Positions 1-12,172 of a stretch of DNA of 64,000 bases are shown here, piece by piece. Each line of letters begins with the position of its first letter. Position 1 is the first letter of the stretch. The DNA comes from Malacoraja senta. Taxonomy: Eukaryota. The notes below the pieces were generated by a model. It ran no database searches, was not told where the DNA came from, and saw nothing but the letters and a program-made list of their open reading frames with translations. The position numbers were made by a program, and so were the translations under genes. The stretch covers positions 186,001-250,000 of the forward strand of contig JAXLNO010000645.1 of assembly GCA_038087875.1 (NCBI GenBank), written 5' to 3'.

Positions 1-2440
1 AAGGTGTCACGGTCATCAATGTATACAAGCCACCTTCTATCAGGCTCCACAAAGACTCCATCCCCAACTTTGGTTCGCCCTGCATCTACACCGGAGACTT
101 TAACTGCCACAGCACCACCTGGGGCTACCGTTCAACTAACTCAGATGGAGCTGCACTAGAAGACTGCGCCTCAGCTACTGCCGTTCAACTCCTGTACGAC
201 CCTAAACAACTGGACAGCTTCCACTCTGGCACGTGGAACACCACTACCAACCCTGACTTGGCTTTTGCAAACCTGAATGAACCAGCCTCACACCGTATCA
301 TCCTGGATCACTTCCCGAAATCGCAACATCGCCCATCTCTGATTATCCCGGACAATCCCATCGAGCCGGTCCCAACCAACCCTGCGAAGAGGTGGAAATT
401 CCGCAAGGCCAGGTGGGACCAGTTCACAAGTCTGGTGGATTTCTGGATCGACAGCCTTCCCATCTTCACCTCCACCAATCAGGACATAGCCTAGTCAGCC
501 TTTTGCAAACTCCTCATCAGGGCATCGAAGAGTTCCATTCCTCGTGGCTATCATTGCCGGTACATCCCCACATGGGACGAAGAGTGTGACGCATGCTATG
601 ACGCATTCCTGGACACTGAACCTGGCGAAGGGGCTACCTCCAAGGCTACGGAACTGACAACCTGCCTCGACCAAGAAGGGCAGAGAGCGGTGGGAAGAGA
701 CAGTCCAAGGAATCGACTTCACACACTCCAGTAGGATGGCTTGGAAGACCTTCAATCGCCTCACTGGTCGAAGTACCCACCCAAAGCATTGCCCTGTCAT
801 GGCCAACTCCATCGCCCACCAGCTCCTGGCCAACGGCCACTTCAAAGACGCGGACAAGAATCATACTTGTTCTGTCAAGCAGTAAACCACTAATCTTTGG
901 AAAGCTCCAGGTGCTGATGGGCTCCTGTCAGCACCCTTTTCCTCTGCAGAACGCTCTCCTGTCATCACTCAATTGAAATGCGGAAAAGCCCAGGGTCCTG
1001 ATAACATCCCCAGAATTCATGAAACACTGCGGTCCTAAATGCCAGGTCTGGCTCCGTGAGTTCTACTCCTCTTGTCTGATTGGTCAGTTCATTCCGAAGA
1101 TCTGGTGGAAAGCCACCGTCATTGCGTTACCAAAACCAAACAAGCGTGTGAACGACCCAAGGAACTATCGGCCCATCTCACTCCTCTGTGTCCTGTACAA
1201 GCTTTTGTATGGGTCGCTGCACTACCCACAAAATAGTCAAGCTGACCAATGACATCGAAGACTGTTTAGAAAAGATTCCCAAGGCGGGCGTCACACTGGT
1301 GGACCTCACCGCCTCCTACGATACAGTGTGGCACCAGGGCCTGATCTTGAAGCTCCTCCACGCCATTCCTGACCGCCATTTAGTGCAGTTCCTTGCTAAC
1401 ATCCTGGCCAACTGCAGTTTTTTACTCAAGACCAGCGACGGACAATCTAGCCGACTGCAGCGCCTAAGAAACGGAGTCCCTCAAGGCTCGGTACTGGCTC
1501 CCATGCTCTTCAATCTCTTTATCAGCGATCTGACACGCACGACCTTGTGCCAGTATGTACACGGAGATGACCTGGCCCTACTGCATTCAGACAGGAGTTG
1601 GTCAAACGTGGAGGATGTGCTGTCAGTGGATATGGAACTTTTCGCGGGCTGCTTTAAGACCTGGAGACTAAAACTTAGTGTGGCAAAAACCACCACAACG
1701 GCCTTTCACCTGAACAAGGAAGCTCAACGCCAGCTAACCGTCACCCTCAATGTGTCACCCCTACCCTATAACCCATTTCCTACATACCTTGGGGTGAAAC
1801 TAGATCGGCAGCTGACCTACAAGCAATTACTTGAAGCTAAAGTCTCGGCGCAGAACAACCTCCTGCATTACTTGGCTGTATCATCATGGGGCGCCAGGAC
1901 ATCTACTCCCCGAACCAGTGCTCTTCCACTCGTGTACAGCGCTACTGAGTACACCGCCCCAGCATGTTGCAGCAGCGCTCATACTAGCAAGCTAGACGCC
2001 ATCCTCAGCTACACCATGCGGATCATCACCGGCTGCCTACGGCCTACTCCGACTGATCATCTGCCGTTGCTCGCAGGTATCGTACCCACCAAGCTTCACA
2101 GAGAATACTTCACCCACAGGCTGGTGCGCAAGGCCCCATCAGACGCCAAGCATCCTTTGCACCACCTCGCTCAGAACTCACAGCAACTGGGACCTCAACG
2201 CCTGTCATCTCGTCGCCCCTTCCCCCGTCACGCAGCGACCCTCTGTGGCTCCGGTTTCAACACACTAGGAGCTTGGAGAACCAGCTGGAAACAGACTTCG
2301 CGACCTCCTCAATTCACTGTTGCACCGAACACCACAGCCCCACCCGGCTCGGACCTGCCCCGCAAAGAGTGGGTCGCCCTGAACCGGCTCCGTACAGGGA
2401 TCGGCTGGTTCAACACCAACATGCATCGCTGGGGGCTGTG
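1..2440 (+). mobile_element. Decayed non-LTR retrotransposon ORF (APE endonuclease + RT), Ingi/Vingi-like, runs off the left window edge
   Basis: APE motifs NVYKPP and YTGDFNCHSTTWGY at 1-130. RT motifs NYRPISLL, VDLTASYDTVWH, NGVPQGSVLAP, YLGVKLDR and C-terminal WVALNRLRTG. Contains stops and frameshifts; YADD is degraded to HGDD. Clade call is from recall. Confidence 0.8.
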
Positions 2441-2559
2441 TTCATACATTCATGCATTAACAATACAGTATTCATTTATACACCTGTGATCAGTGTTAAA
2501 CTCATTAACAGCTTTGATATACACATAGGTGTCACTCCCATCTGTAGTGCGTCCAAAAC

Positions 2560-2694
2560 ATCTCGCCAGGCACATTGAAACAAGCAAATGTGGTGTCGCA
2601 AAGTACGCCAAGACCAAGTAGCGTGACCTGGTCTGGGAAGTCATCATTTTCGAGCAGTAAAGAAGCGTTTGAAGAAATTCACTCGACTCTTCAC
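2560..2694 (-). pseudogene. GOLGB1: GOLGB1-like last exon (transmembrane anchor), frameshifted
   Basis: Acceptor ttttgcag|GTG. VKSRVNFFKR then a frame change to LLYCSKMMTSQTRSRYLVLAYFATPHLLVSMCL. Lower boundary approximate. Confidence 0.75.
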
Positions 2695-3591
2695 CTGCAA
2701 AACAGAAACAGAGGTCAATAGCTAACGAACATCAACCTAATACAGATGTCAGAGGTTATGGGGAGAAGGCAGGCGAATGGGGTTACAAAGGAGAGATAGA
2801 TCAGCCATGACTCAATGGCAGAGTTGACTAGATGGGTCAAACGGCTTAATTCTTATCCTATCACTTATGAACCTCAACTAATTAGTTCTTTCAGAATTAA
2901 ACTAATTAGTAAAATACCAAGGTACAGATGTGAAGATTTATATTTACTTATCATGTTACAAAGATCTGCATTATAATGTACGAATGGGTAGTAGCGGCTT
3001 CAATACTATGGTCCAAATGAATGCACTATTCTATGAGCAAACAAGCAATGTAGATTCCTTGGTGAACTATTGGACAGGAGGTCTAGATTCTAAACAATCC
3101 TCTGTCGCAGTCAATCAGAAAGTGACAGTGCTTCCATGGTTAGTCTTGGATTCCTTGGTGATGGGTGACTTATCCATTCTTACACTATACAGCATGATGA
3201 AGGTGGGGAAAGATGAACCTTCATCAGCTATTTTCTCTTGCTCTCTGTATTCCTAGAAAGGTTTCTTCTACATTTCAGATCTTCTTTTGGTTAAGATGAG
3301 ATAATTAAATTTATTACATTTATTTCGAGATTTGGCTTACACCTTGGCTTGTATTCACTGCGCTCCTTCATACGGAATCAGAGAGAGTAGAGATATGCTT
3401 TTGAAAACCGACTTGCGTGAGTGCGACATTAGCCAGGAGACTAATTCAAACACCTCATGCCTCCCAGGAGAGGAGGAGTTACTAGGTGAGGGGAGGGGCA
3501 CCACGTGAAGACCTCGAGGTTGGACAAAGAAACCAGGCCATGTTTTCTGTGTGATCTGCCTGAATCACCCACTCCAAACCGATGTACTATC

Positions 3592-4425
3592 CTAACGGCA
3601 GCGGCTCGACTGCAGTCCGTCTGTCTTTTTTTGTTTTTGTCTAGTTAAATGTAGTTGTTTGTGTTTTTTTATATTGTTTTTAATTGTGTATATGTGGGGT
3701 GCGGGGGAAACGTAAAAAAACTCTTCCCTGCACGGGAGACCCGACCTTTTCCCTGTCGGGTCTCCGTTGTCGTTCGGGCCTAGCTCCGTGGAGCGGCCTC
3801 CGACCGAGACGACCTGGGGGCTCCAGTCGCGGAGCCTGTGGAGCTGCGGACTTACCATCGTGGGGCTGGCCAGCCTCGGAGCGTGAGGAGCGGTGGTGGC
3901 TCGCTGCTGCGGCCCGACTACGGAGCTCCAGCTGCAGACCTGTGGACTATGATATCGGGAGCTCGCGGGTCCGGGTGAGAGACCGCTTTCCGGAGCTCCC
4001 GCAACGCAACTTCTCCCGCCCGTGTCGCGGGGTTGGAACGACCCGGAGCGGGGCCGTAAATCGCCCGGCACGGCTTTAATAGCCGCGGGATATCCCAGCG
4101 CCTGCCGTGGGCTCCAACTTGGTGACTTTTGGTGCCGGAGCGAGGCCGTATACCGCCCGGCGCGGCCTCAACGGCCGTGGGACTTAACATTGCCCGCCTG
4201 GGGCTTCAACATCAGGAGAAGGATGGTGCTGGGGAGAGAAAAGACTTTGCCTTCCATCAGAGTGAGGAGGAGATTCACTGTGATGGATGTTTTTCTGTAG
4301 ATTGAATTGTTTGTGTGTCGTGTATGAATTATTTTGTTTGTATGGCTGTGGAAATGGAATTTCGTTTGAGCCTCTTTGAGGTTCAAATGACAATAAAATC
4401 TAATCAATCAATCAATCAATCAATT
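3592..4425 (+). mobile_element. GC-rich non-coding interspersed repeat (SINE-like) with AATAAA and (TCAA)n tail
   Basis: Shares 5' layout (T-rich tract, gggggaaac, ctcttccct, cgac.ttttcc) with the minus-strand copies at about 24680-25440, 38035-38830 and 44780-45578. Simple-repeat tail at 4400-4425. Confidence 0.55.
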
Positions 4426-4562
4426 TATTAGTTAGTAAGTACATGGAAGCAGGTTTTCCAGAGTTGCCCAGTTCACTGGGGTGGGGGTGGGGGAAAGATA
4501 CAGTGTAAAGTCAGGAAATTATATTAAAACTAGAAAACGAAGAATTGATTGTCAATACACAC

Positions 4563-4683
4563 CTTCTGTTCCACCACCACCTGTTCACTGGGGTATCTCT
4601 TCAAAGCCTCCTCACATTCCTCGTCTGATTCCAATTGAATGGTGTGCTCCCTGGGCGCTGGTTTGACAGGAAGAGGTTCATGC
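4563..4683 (-). pseudogene. GOLGB1: GOLGB1-like penultimate exon
   Basis: tttccag|...CAGAAG|gtgtgt, 121 bp. Encodes HEPLPVKPAPREHTIQLESDEECEEALKRYPSEQVVVEQK and ends in phase 0, matching the last exon. Confidence 0.7.
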
Positions 4684-5164
4684 CTGGAAAGAAAACAGCA
4701 GCATAAACGATAACACAGTAACCCCACCTCCTCAATGAAATGTCATAGATACCAAGGGCTGGGTAGAACACACGGCTTTCAAGAAATCTTCTCCAAGGAC
4801 TTTGAAGCAGCTGCTTTCTGCAGTCAGTAGATTTCTCGACAAGCGGTTTGATGGAGCAGAACAGGAAAGACCATTTCTTGAATTGGAGGAAGCAAGGCTA
4901 TAGAAACTATCAAAAATGCCATGGGAAGAGGAGGAGAAATTATTTTTTATTCAGTAAATTATGACCTAGGTTATATTCCCTTAAAAAGTGGTAAAAAAAA
5001 GACTCAATAATAATACATATATTTTTAAAACAATTCAAAGGCGCATATCAAAGAGGAAAGGGTGGAGTATTAAGTGGCTATATCGTTCAGTGCTACCACA
5101 AGCAGAATTCTCTAATTCCATCCACATTGTGTACACATGGTTCTTCAGATTCTATCAAGTAACA

Positions 5165-5455
5165 ATGGGGGCAGAATTGCTGCCTTACAGCGCCAGAGAC
5201 CCAGGTTCAATCCTGACTGTAGGTGTGGAGTTTGCATCTTCTCCCTGTGGCTGCGTAGGTTTCCTCCAGGTATTCTGGTTTCCTCCCACATCCACAAGAC
5301 GTGAGGGTTTGTAGGCTATTGGGCTTGGTTAAAATTGTAATTTGTCCCTAGTGTGTAGGATTGCGCTAGTGTACGGGATGATTGCTGGTCGGCGCAGACT
5401 CAGTAGGACGAAGGACCTGTTTCCACGCTGTACCTCTAAAGTCTAAAGCCTAAAG
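5165..5455 (+). mobile_element. tRNA-derived V-SINE (HE1-like)
   Basis: B-box-like ggttcaatcc, V-domain tggagtttgc...gtttcctcc...tttcctcccaca, tail of short aagtcta repeats. Confidence 0.75.
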
Positions 5456-5671
5456 TAACTAACATGTGTCTTTTAACAACCTTGGAAGAATAAGATGTCA
5501 TTAGTGCGTCCAAAGACTAATGACATATTTATTTCCCAAGTTTGCCAAAAGTGATGGGCGAAATGGATGTGCCATTTTATTACCATGTTAGCAAACAAGC
5601 ACCTACATTCAACTCATTAACTCAATTCAACTACAAACAATGCTCCCTCTGCAGAACCTCTCCTTAGTTCA

Positions 5672-7310
5672 TCATCTCAAGTTAGCCAGTTTGTCAAACA
5701 GAGACAACAGTCTTTTCTTTGGATTTGGATCCAGCAGTTGTTTGACTAATGTACGCTTCAAAATTTGAACTGTGCATTCTACTGCTCCATTTGAAGCGGA
5801 ATGGTATGGAGTGACTCTAGTATGTTTTACACCATTCCATTTCATGAATTGTGTAAACTCTTGTGAACAGAATTGACGTCCGTTATCAGACACAATTTCC
5901 TCTATAAATCCATAGGACGCAAACAATCCTCGCAAAATGTCTATCGTTTTGCTGGTTGTCGTTTTGTTCATTGGAAACACCTCAGGCCACTTGGAGTGAC
6001 TATCAATCACAATGAACAATCCTTGTCCATCTAACTCTGCACCAGGCCACCAGAGATAGCTTCTAGCTAGACTCTTTGTTAGACACATTCCCAAATGCTG
6101 ATCATGAAGATCTCCTAGCAATTTTACTCCGTATCTTTCAGGGATTACAACTCTTGCTCCCCACATGACACACCCTTGGTCTAGTTAGAGTTCATTCCTA
6201 CGTACAAAAAATGGTTTCAGTTCTGCCTCTGAATCCGGCAATTTGTTTGGCCATCCATTTGTGACATATTCCTGCACTCTTGACAAACGTCTGTCAGTGT
6301 GAGTAGCCTTCCGAATGTCCCATGAAGTGATAGGTAACTCATCTACATGAAATAAATAAAACACGTTCTCTCTTTGGGGTAACCTCCAATTCCAAAGGTA
6401 ATCTAGATATGGCGACAGCATTGCTGATACTGGTATGCAGACAATATCAATGCCCATCTTTGCATTCTGCCTGCTGCCAGAGTTGGTATGTGTGCTTTTG
6501 GATTTCGGATCAATGTCAATGGCTGGTGATCTGTCTCGATTACAAACCTTCTACCATACAAGTATTTGTGAAACCTTCCTAACTCCAAAAATAAATGCAA
6601 GATCCTCTCGCTCTATTTGCGCATAATTTCTCTCACTGCGAGAGTGTTCTAGACGCAAATGCTAGAGGCCTCTCCTCTCCATTTTCTAGCACGAGAGATC
6701 ACAGCACCAACACCGTATGGTGAAGCATCACATGCTAACTTCATGGGATTATTTACATCGTAATGAACAAGTACTGTACTCTCTGCCAACTGAGCTTTAC
6801 ATCACTTGAAAGCTTGGTCACATTCACATGTCCACTTCCATGGTACATCTGTTCTCAAGAGCTTGTTCAAGGGATGTAAACAGGTGGACAGACTTGGCAC
6901 GAACTTCCCACAATAATGCACTTATCGTAAAAAGGATTGTATCTCAGATATGTTTCTGGGAGTGGGCGCATTCTTGATCGCATCAACTTTACCCTCGGTG
7001 GGGTATAGACCATCCTTGCCTATCTTATGACCCAAGTCCTCTACCGAGTTCTGAAAGAACTCACACTTTTGTGCCTTCACTCTTACACTGTGTCTCAAAG
7101 CGTTTGAGTATCACTTTCAACCTTTCATCATGTGTCTGCCTCTCAGGGGCTGAGATGAGGATGTCATCCAAGTAACACACCACACCTTCAATTCCCTCTC
7201 GAATTTGTGTCACAAACCCTTGAAAAATCCCTGGGTCTGATGATATGCCAAATGGGAGTATTGAACTGAAACAATCCCAAATGCGTGTTGATAGTCAGGT
7301 TGGATTTCAA
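5672..7310 (-). mobile_element. Gypsy/Ty3 LTR-retrotransposon pol remnant (RT, RNase H, integrase)
   Basis: Minus-strand VCYLDDILI (7155-7183), LACDASPYGVGA (6705-6740), ETDHQPL and RMQRWAL, integrase IDSHSKWPEV, IVSDNG and PYHSASNGAVE. Domain order RT-RH-IN. No LTRs recognised. Confidence 0.9.
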
Positions 7311-7588
7311 TTCTCTCTAAACTAAACTAATCTAAAACAAACTAAAGGAAGCTGTCCAGCCATTCGAAACTTAATGTCCTCCTCCTTTAACCAGACGGAT
7401 TCTCCTTCGGTGAGGAGTTGAATCATTTGTGGCTCTACGACACCACCCTATGAAAATTGATTGCCGTGTTTGCTACCATCATCAACACTTCAAACGTAGT
7501 TAGCTGGCCAAAGCATCAAGGGATATTCCCATTTGATCGTATGGCACAATAGAAATGCAACTGATATCCCAGTCCAAGTAGAACCAAC

Positions 7589-7684
7589 CCTTAGCTCAGC
7601 CAATTCATTCTTGCAGGAGGACGGATCTTGGTCTCTGCGCTCCTGCTGTTTTGATTGCCGAAAGGTTTCCAGTTCTTCCTTTTC
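7589..7684 (-). pseudogene. GOLGB1: GOLGB1-like exon
   Basis: ttttgcag|EKEELETFRQSKQQERRDQDPSSCKNELAELR|gttggt, 96 bp. Confidence 0.65.
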
Positions 7685-8026
7685 CTGCAAAATGAAAATA
7701 GTGCTCAATCTTTATACACACATGAATGCAAAACATGATTACAACATATCTTTGCTGTGTCCATCTTGGAATCTTTTAAATTAAAATATAACAACACAAA
7801 TATTTAGTCATCATATCCATCCTGAGGAACAAGTCCCATCAATGAGCAATGTCATGGCTTCATCTTTAGTACCTTGAGATTTAGTATCCTGCTCAATTTA
7901 TTAATTGATGCAAGGGCTTGTTTCCGTGCATGTCATTAGTAAATGAAAGTGCTCTTTTAAAAAGTCCCTTCTGAGATTTGTGCTTAAAAAACATTAATTT
8001 CTACCTTGAGATAATTTTTGCCTTAC

Positions 8027-11000
8027 TTTAAGTTTCCGAATATCCTCCAGACATCTGTCTCTCTCCGTCTGTACTGCCAACAACGTTTTCTCAAAAGATT
8101 CTGCCCGAGAAGCAACTTCCTTGTTCTCATTAATAATATCCCAAAGTCTTTGCTTCATCACTGACAATCCCACCAACTATTCTTCAGGTTTCTCCTGCGC
8201 TATTCCATCAACACTTTCAGACATTTTAACTCCCGCCTTTACTTGAGCCAGATTTTCAAATTCAGTTCATATATTTTCAATTCTTTTAAGTCAGCTCTTC
8301 TAATATTAGTTTTATTTTTTGAGTTCTTCGCATTCCAGAGTTTTAGTTTTAAGTTGTTGGTGAAGCTCTTGAATTAATTGCCTCTCATTTGTTTCATTTT
8401 TATCCTCTACTTTTTAGAAACCAATAGCCTTGAGCTTTGTAAGCTGTTCCAAAATTCGCAGATTTTCTTCTTGCAAGGACTTTAGGCTTTCATTATTTTG
8501 TTTAAGGGGTCCTTGTGCAATTTTCCATTGCTCTTTGAAGATGAATTTCTCATTCTCAAGATTCTTAATTTGCTGTTGTTGCTTTTGCTTCAAAGACAGG
8601 ACCTGGTTTAGCTCCTCCCTGTACTGAACCAACTGCGTTGTCAGAATTAAGGTCATCCATCTGGTTGAGAAAACTTCCGATCTCTTGCTTCAGTTCATTG
8701 TTTTCAGCTGCACTCTCTTGAATGACGCTATCTTTCTGGCAATGCATGTTGATATGCCATTGTTCCAGCTCCGTGTATTCTGAAAAGATGCGGTCTCGGT
8801 CATCTTGCAAGGAGGCCATCGATTTTGAGAAGGCACCCGTCTGGCTGACAGCTTTGTCTTTTTCTTTCCTAACCTTAACAAGTTGAACCTCCAGCTCTTT
8901 CATGGCTCTGGCTCCTTTCTGGTTATCTTGTTGGAGAATCCTCAAATTCTTTTCATAGTTATCTATTTGCTTTCCATGTTGCTGCTGGATTTCCACTAGA
9001 TAGTCAGAAATGTCTGTCTTTTGATGAGACAAGCTTTGAGAACTCTGCATCCTTACTGCTCAACATTAGCTTCGGCTGCTGGGAAATGGCTCTCAATTTC
9101 CATGGTTGCTGCCACCACTCTGTCTCTGTTCCGTTCCAGCAAATCCAGTTTATCCTGATATCTCAATATTGCTTTCTGATGAATTGTTTTCTGTTGATCT
9201 AAAATCTCAAGTACTTCCTTCTCCTTCTGAGTAATTTGAGCTTTTGTCTTCTCTTCGTTCTTCCGAAGATCTTCTGTGAACCCTAAGCACTGCATTCGAG
9301 CACCTTTAGTTTCAGTTCTGGTGTCTTGGAGCAAGACTTTATAAGATGCAAGTTATTTTTGAACAAGTTTGACGCCTTTCGGACTCGGAACCTTTTGTAG
9401 TCATAGACTAGTCTCTTGCTCATTTCATCACAGGTAGATTGCGATGTTTTGACACATCACTCTAAGTCCAAAATGAGCTCCTGGTACTTGATGCAGTCCT
9501 TCTGCCAAATAATTATTTCCAGGTGCTTCTCTTTTAACAGTTCTCGAAGCTCCTTGGTCTCACCTTTGGACGAGTTATTACCCCTCCGAGCAGACCGAAG
9601 CCGCACTTCAAATTCTATCACCAGTTTTATTTCCTGTACCTCTTTTTCTTTGATCAGATGACGTTTCTCTTCTCTGAAGCAGTCCAATTCATTGACAAGT
9701 GAATTATTTTGCATATGAAATGCCTTCCATGCTTCAGTTAACTGATCTATCTTGTCGACATTTTAAAGTAATACTGCCTCCAAATACTCTCTCTCATTTT
9801 TTACATTTTCTGACATTTCCTGGAAATTATCAAGTTCTTCCTGGAGAAGAGCTTTGTCATCCTCTAAAATGTTGACTTTTTCATTTAAATTCATAGTCTC
9901 CTGCCGGCAAGCATTTAATTTCTTGTTCAAGCTGTGAAATTATATTGTTTTTTTCATGTGTCTTGGGAGTGCGGCGCACTCTAATTGTCTAAGCTTCTGA
10001 GACAACAATGGTCCTACTTGCCCTGTAGTGTGAACCTTTTCTTCCTTCAGCAGAGGCTGGTCCTCCAGGGATTGGGATTCTAATGGCAGTGGTTCATTAA
10101 AATCAGCCTGATAAGAATCATCCTCACTCTGCAACTCCTCTATGATGGATATGGATGAATTAAATTCATTCAGCAGAAGCTCCCCATCTTTTGTGTTTTG
10201 TCAAATTCTGCTTTAAGATCATGATAAGTTTGCCTCAGTGATTTGCTTTCCTCCTGGAGCTGATTGTACTGGGTAGACAATTCGCTTGCATGACTCTGCT
10301 TTGCGGTAGTAGTTTGTAACTCGCTGCTAATTCTTTCAATCTCTTCCTCAAGCGCCTGAACTCGCTGCTGCTTGGATTTTGTAAACTTTCTCATTTGGCC
10401 TTTATTTTATTCATTTTCTGCACCAGCTTCCTCAAGCTGCCTCTCCATGTTTTGTCGTTTGGCTTCTATATCGCGGAGCTTGAACATCACCTCCTGTTTC
10501 TCTTTTCTTGCCGTCTCAACTATTTGCCTCATCTTATCCATCTCATTGCTGATATTTTAGTAGGATTGCAAACGGGATTCATATTTGTGCTTTAATTCAT
10601 CGTGCTTTGTCTTCCACTCACAACTCTGCCATCTGGGAGTTTTTCAGTGAATCCAACTGTTGAGAATATTGTTGCTTCTCATGAGTTAGGATGTCCAGTG
10701 TATGCTTTAGACTTTCACAGGCAACGTTTCAGTTCTGTATCTCTGTGGATATACGATCAGCTTCGGAGAGAAGCCTCTGCCTCTCCTCCTCTTTGCAAGC
10801 TGCTGTGTACCCCTTTATTTGAGAAAGACAATTCCTTTTCCTTAATAACACATTTCAACCTCTCAGCTTCAGAACTGGCAGCTGCCAATTGTGCTCTAAG
10901 TTGTGAAACGGTGTCGTCCATTTCAGAATGAACCATCCTGAGTTTGACACAATCTTCCACTTTACAGACCAGTAGAAAGTTTCTCTCCTCGATGGTGTGC

Positions 11001-11530
11001 TTCAGTTTGTGAGTTTTCAAGGTCAAGTCTTTAATAGCTAACTCTTGTTCCCAGTCTCTTCTGATACCCTCCGTAGATGGTATTTCTACATTTAAGATAA
11101 TATTATACAAATATGATATTAAGTTTGCTGATTCAGCTTTTATCTGCATTGCCTCATCCAATACATCTACTGGGTTATTATAATGATCTTTTGTATATTT
11201 TTTCAAATAGTCGCATATTTGAAAATATTTAAAATATTGATTATTTCCGAGTTTATATTTTATTTGTAATTGTTGAAATGAAAGTAATTTTCCAGTTTCA
11301 TACAAGTCATCGAGCGTTTTAATTCCTAGTCTATCCCAATGTGTAAAAGCTTTATCTATAATATAGGGATTAAACGAAGGGTTATGAACTATAGGTAATA
11401 AAAGTGATAAATTTCTTAATTTTAAATTTTGTTTTATTTGTTTCCAAATTCGGATTGTTTCTGCAACAACACAACTCTATCAGTTTTCTGTTCAAGTTGG
11501 CCCTGCAAGTCATGACCTTCAGCAGACCTT
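8027..11530 (-). pseudogene. GOLGB1: GOLGB1-like giant coiled-coil exon remnant, heavily disrupted and interrupted by an L1 fragment
   Basis: E/Q/K/L-rich ORF fragments in changing frames, e.g. AFSKSMASLQDDRDRI, IWQKDCIKYQELILDLE, LVQYREELNQVLSLK. Donor AAA|gtaagg at 8026. Upper boundary uncertain. Confidence 0.8.
11033..11460 (-). mobile_element. Internal L1 ORF2 fragment inserted in the GOLGB1-like giant exon
   Basis: TIRIWKQIK...LLSFQQLQ...YFKYFQIC...WEQELAIK is collinear with the ORF2 of the L1 at 30606-32717. Confidence 0.9.
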
Positions 11531-11694
11531 TTCTATGTTAACACGTTTATATTAATTTTATTATTAACGTGTTAACATAGTATAACTTACAAGAAAACTT
11601 CCACCACCGGCGCGAAATCGGGGGCTCCACAGTTGGTCTTTCATTTGTTCGTGCCGCTGCCCGCTGGTTCAGCCTTCTCGAAGATCTATTTAAG

Positions 11695-11965
11695 AAAGAA
11701 CTGCAGATGCTGGAAAAATCGAAGTAGACAAAAAATGCTGGAGAAACTCAGCGGGTGAGGCAGCAACTCCGGAGGAAAGCATCTATAGGCGACGTTTCAG
11801 GTCGAGACCCTTCTTCAGACTGATGTCGGGGAGGGCGGTAAAAAGAAAGGAAGAGGCGGAGACAGTAGGACTAGAAGGAGAACTGAGGAGGGGGTGGGGA
11901 GGAGGGAGAAAACAAGGGCTATATAAAATTAGAGAATGTTGATACCGCTGGGGTGTAGACTATCC
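11695..11965 (-). mobile_element. Penelope-type terminal repeat fragment with hammerhead motif
   Basis: Reverse complement matches the repeat that follows the GIY-YIG ORF at 57400-57560. Contains CTGAAGA-agggtctcgacct-GAAACGTC at 11791-11818. Confidence 0.7.
11791..11820 (-). ncRNA. Putative minimal type-I hammerhead ribozyme motif
   Basis: Intact CUGAAGA and GAAA boxes, stem II GGGTC/GACCT, palindromic ACGT in place of stem III, GUC triplet. Stem I is only about 2 bp. Confidence 0.55.
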
Positions 11966-11967
11966 AA

Positions 11968-12172
11968 ATGACAACCAATGCTGTGGGGAGATATGTTGCC
12001 AATGTGGTCATCGGTAAACTGGAGGCAGATCAACCATCAAAGGAGAATTTGTTGACATCGGAAGTATTGGAGAAGTCAAACAGCTCAACTATTGCTCAGT
12101 TGTTTACATCTTCACTTGCTGTACTTAGGCCAAAAGGTATAAAACATGAGAATGTTCTTCTGTTTGTGACTT
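11968..12172 (+). mobile_element. hAT-type (CGGBP-related) transposase fragment
   Basis: TTNAVGRYVANVVIGKL...LLTSEVLEKSNSSTIAQLF...GIKHENVLLFVT resembles the segment between the first two catalytic Asp residues of CGGBP-related hAT transposases (from recall). Confidence 0.65.

Noticed and set aside
4770..4850. Possible additional degenerate giantin exon
   Set aside because: Needs several frameshifts and lacks clear splice sites.
5165..5240. tRNA gene
   Set aside because: tRNA-derived SINE head without a cloverleaf.
10757..11305. 182-aa ORF as a real gene
   Set aside because: Chance in-frame join of an L1 fragment and a dead exon; it starts at TTG and stops soon after.
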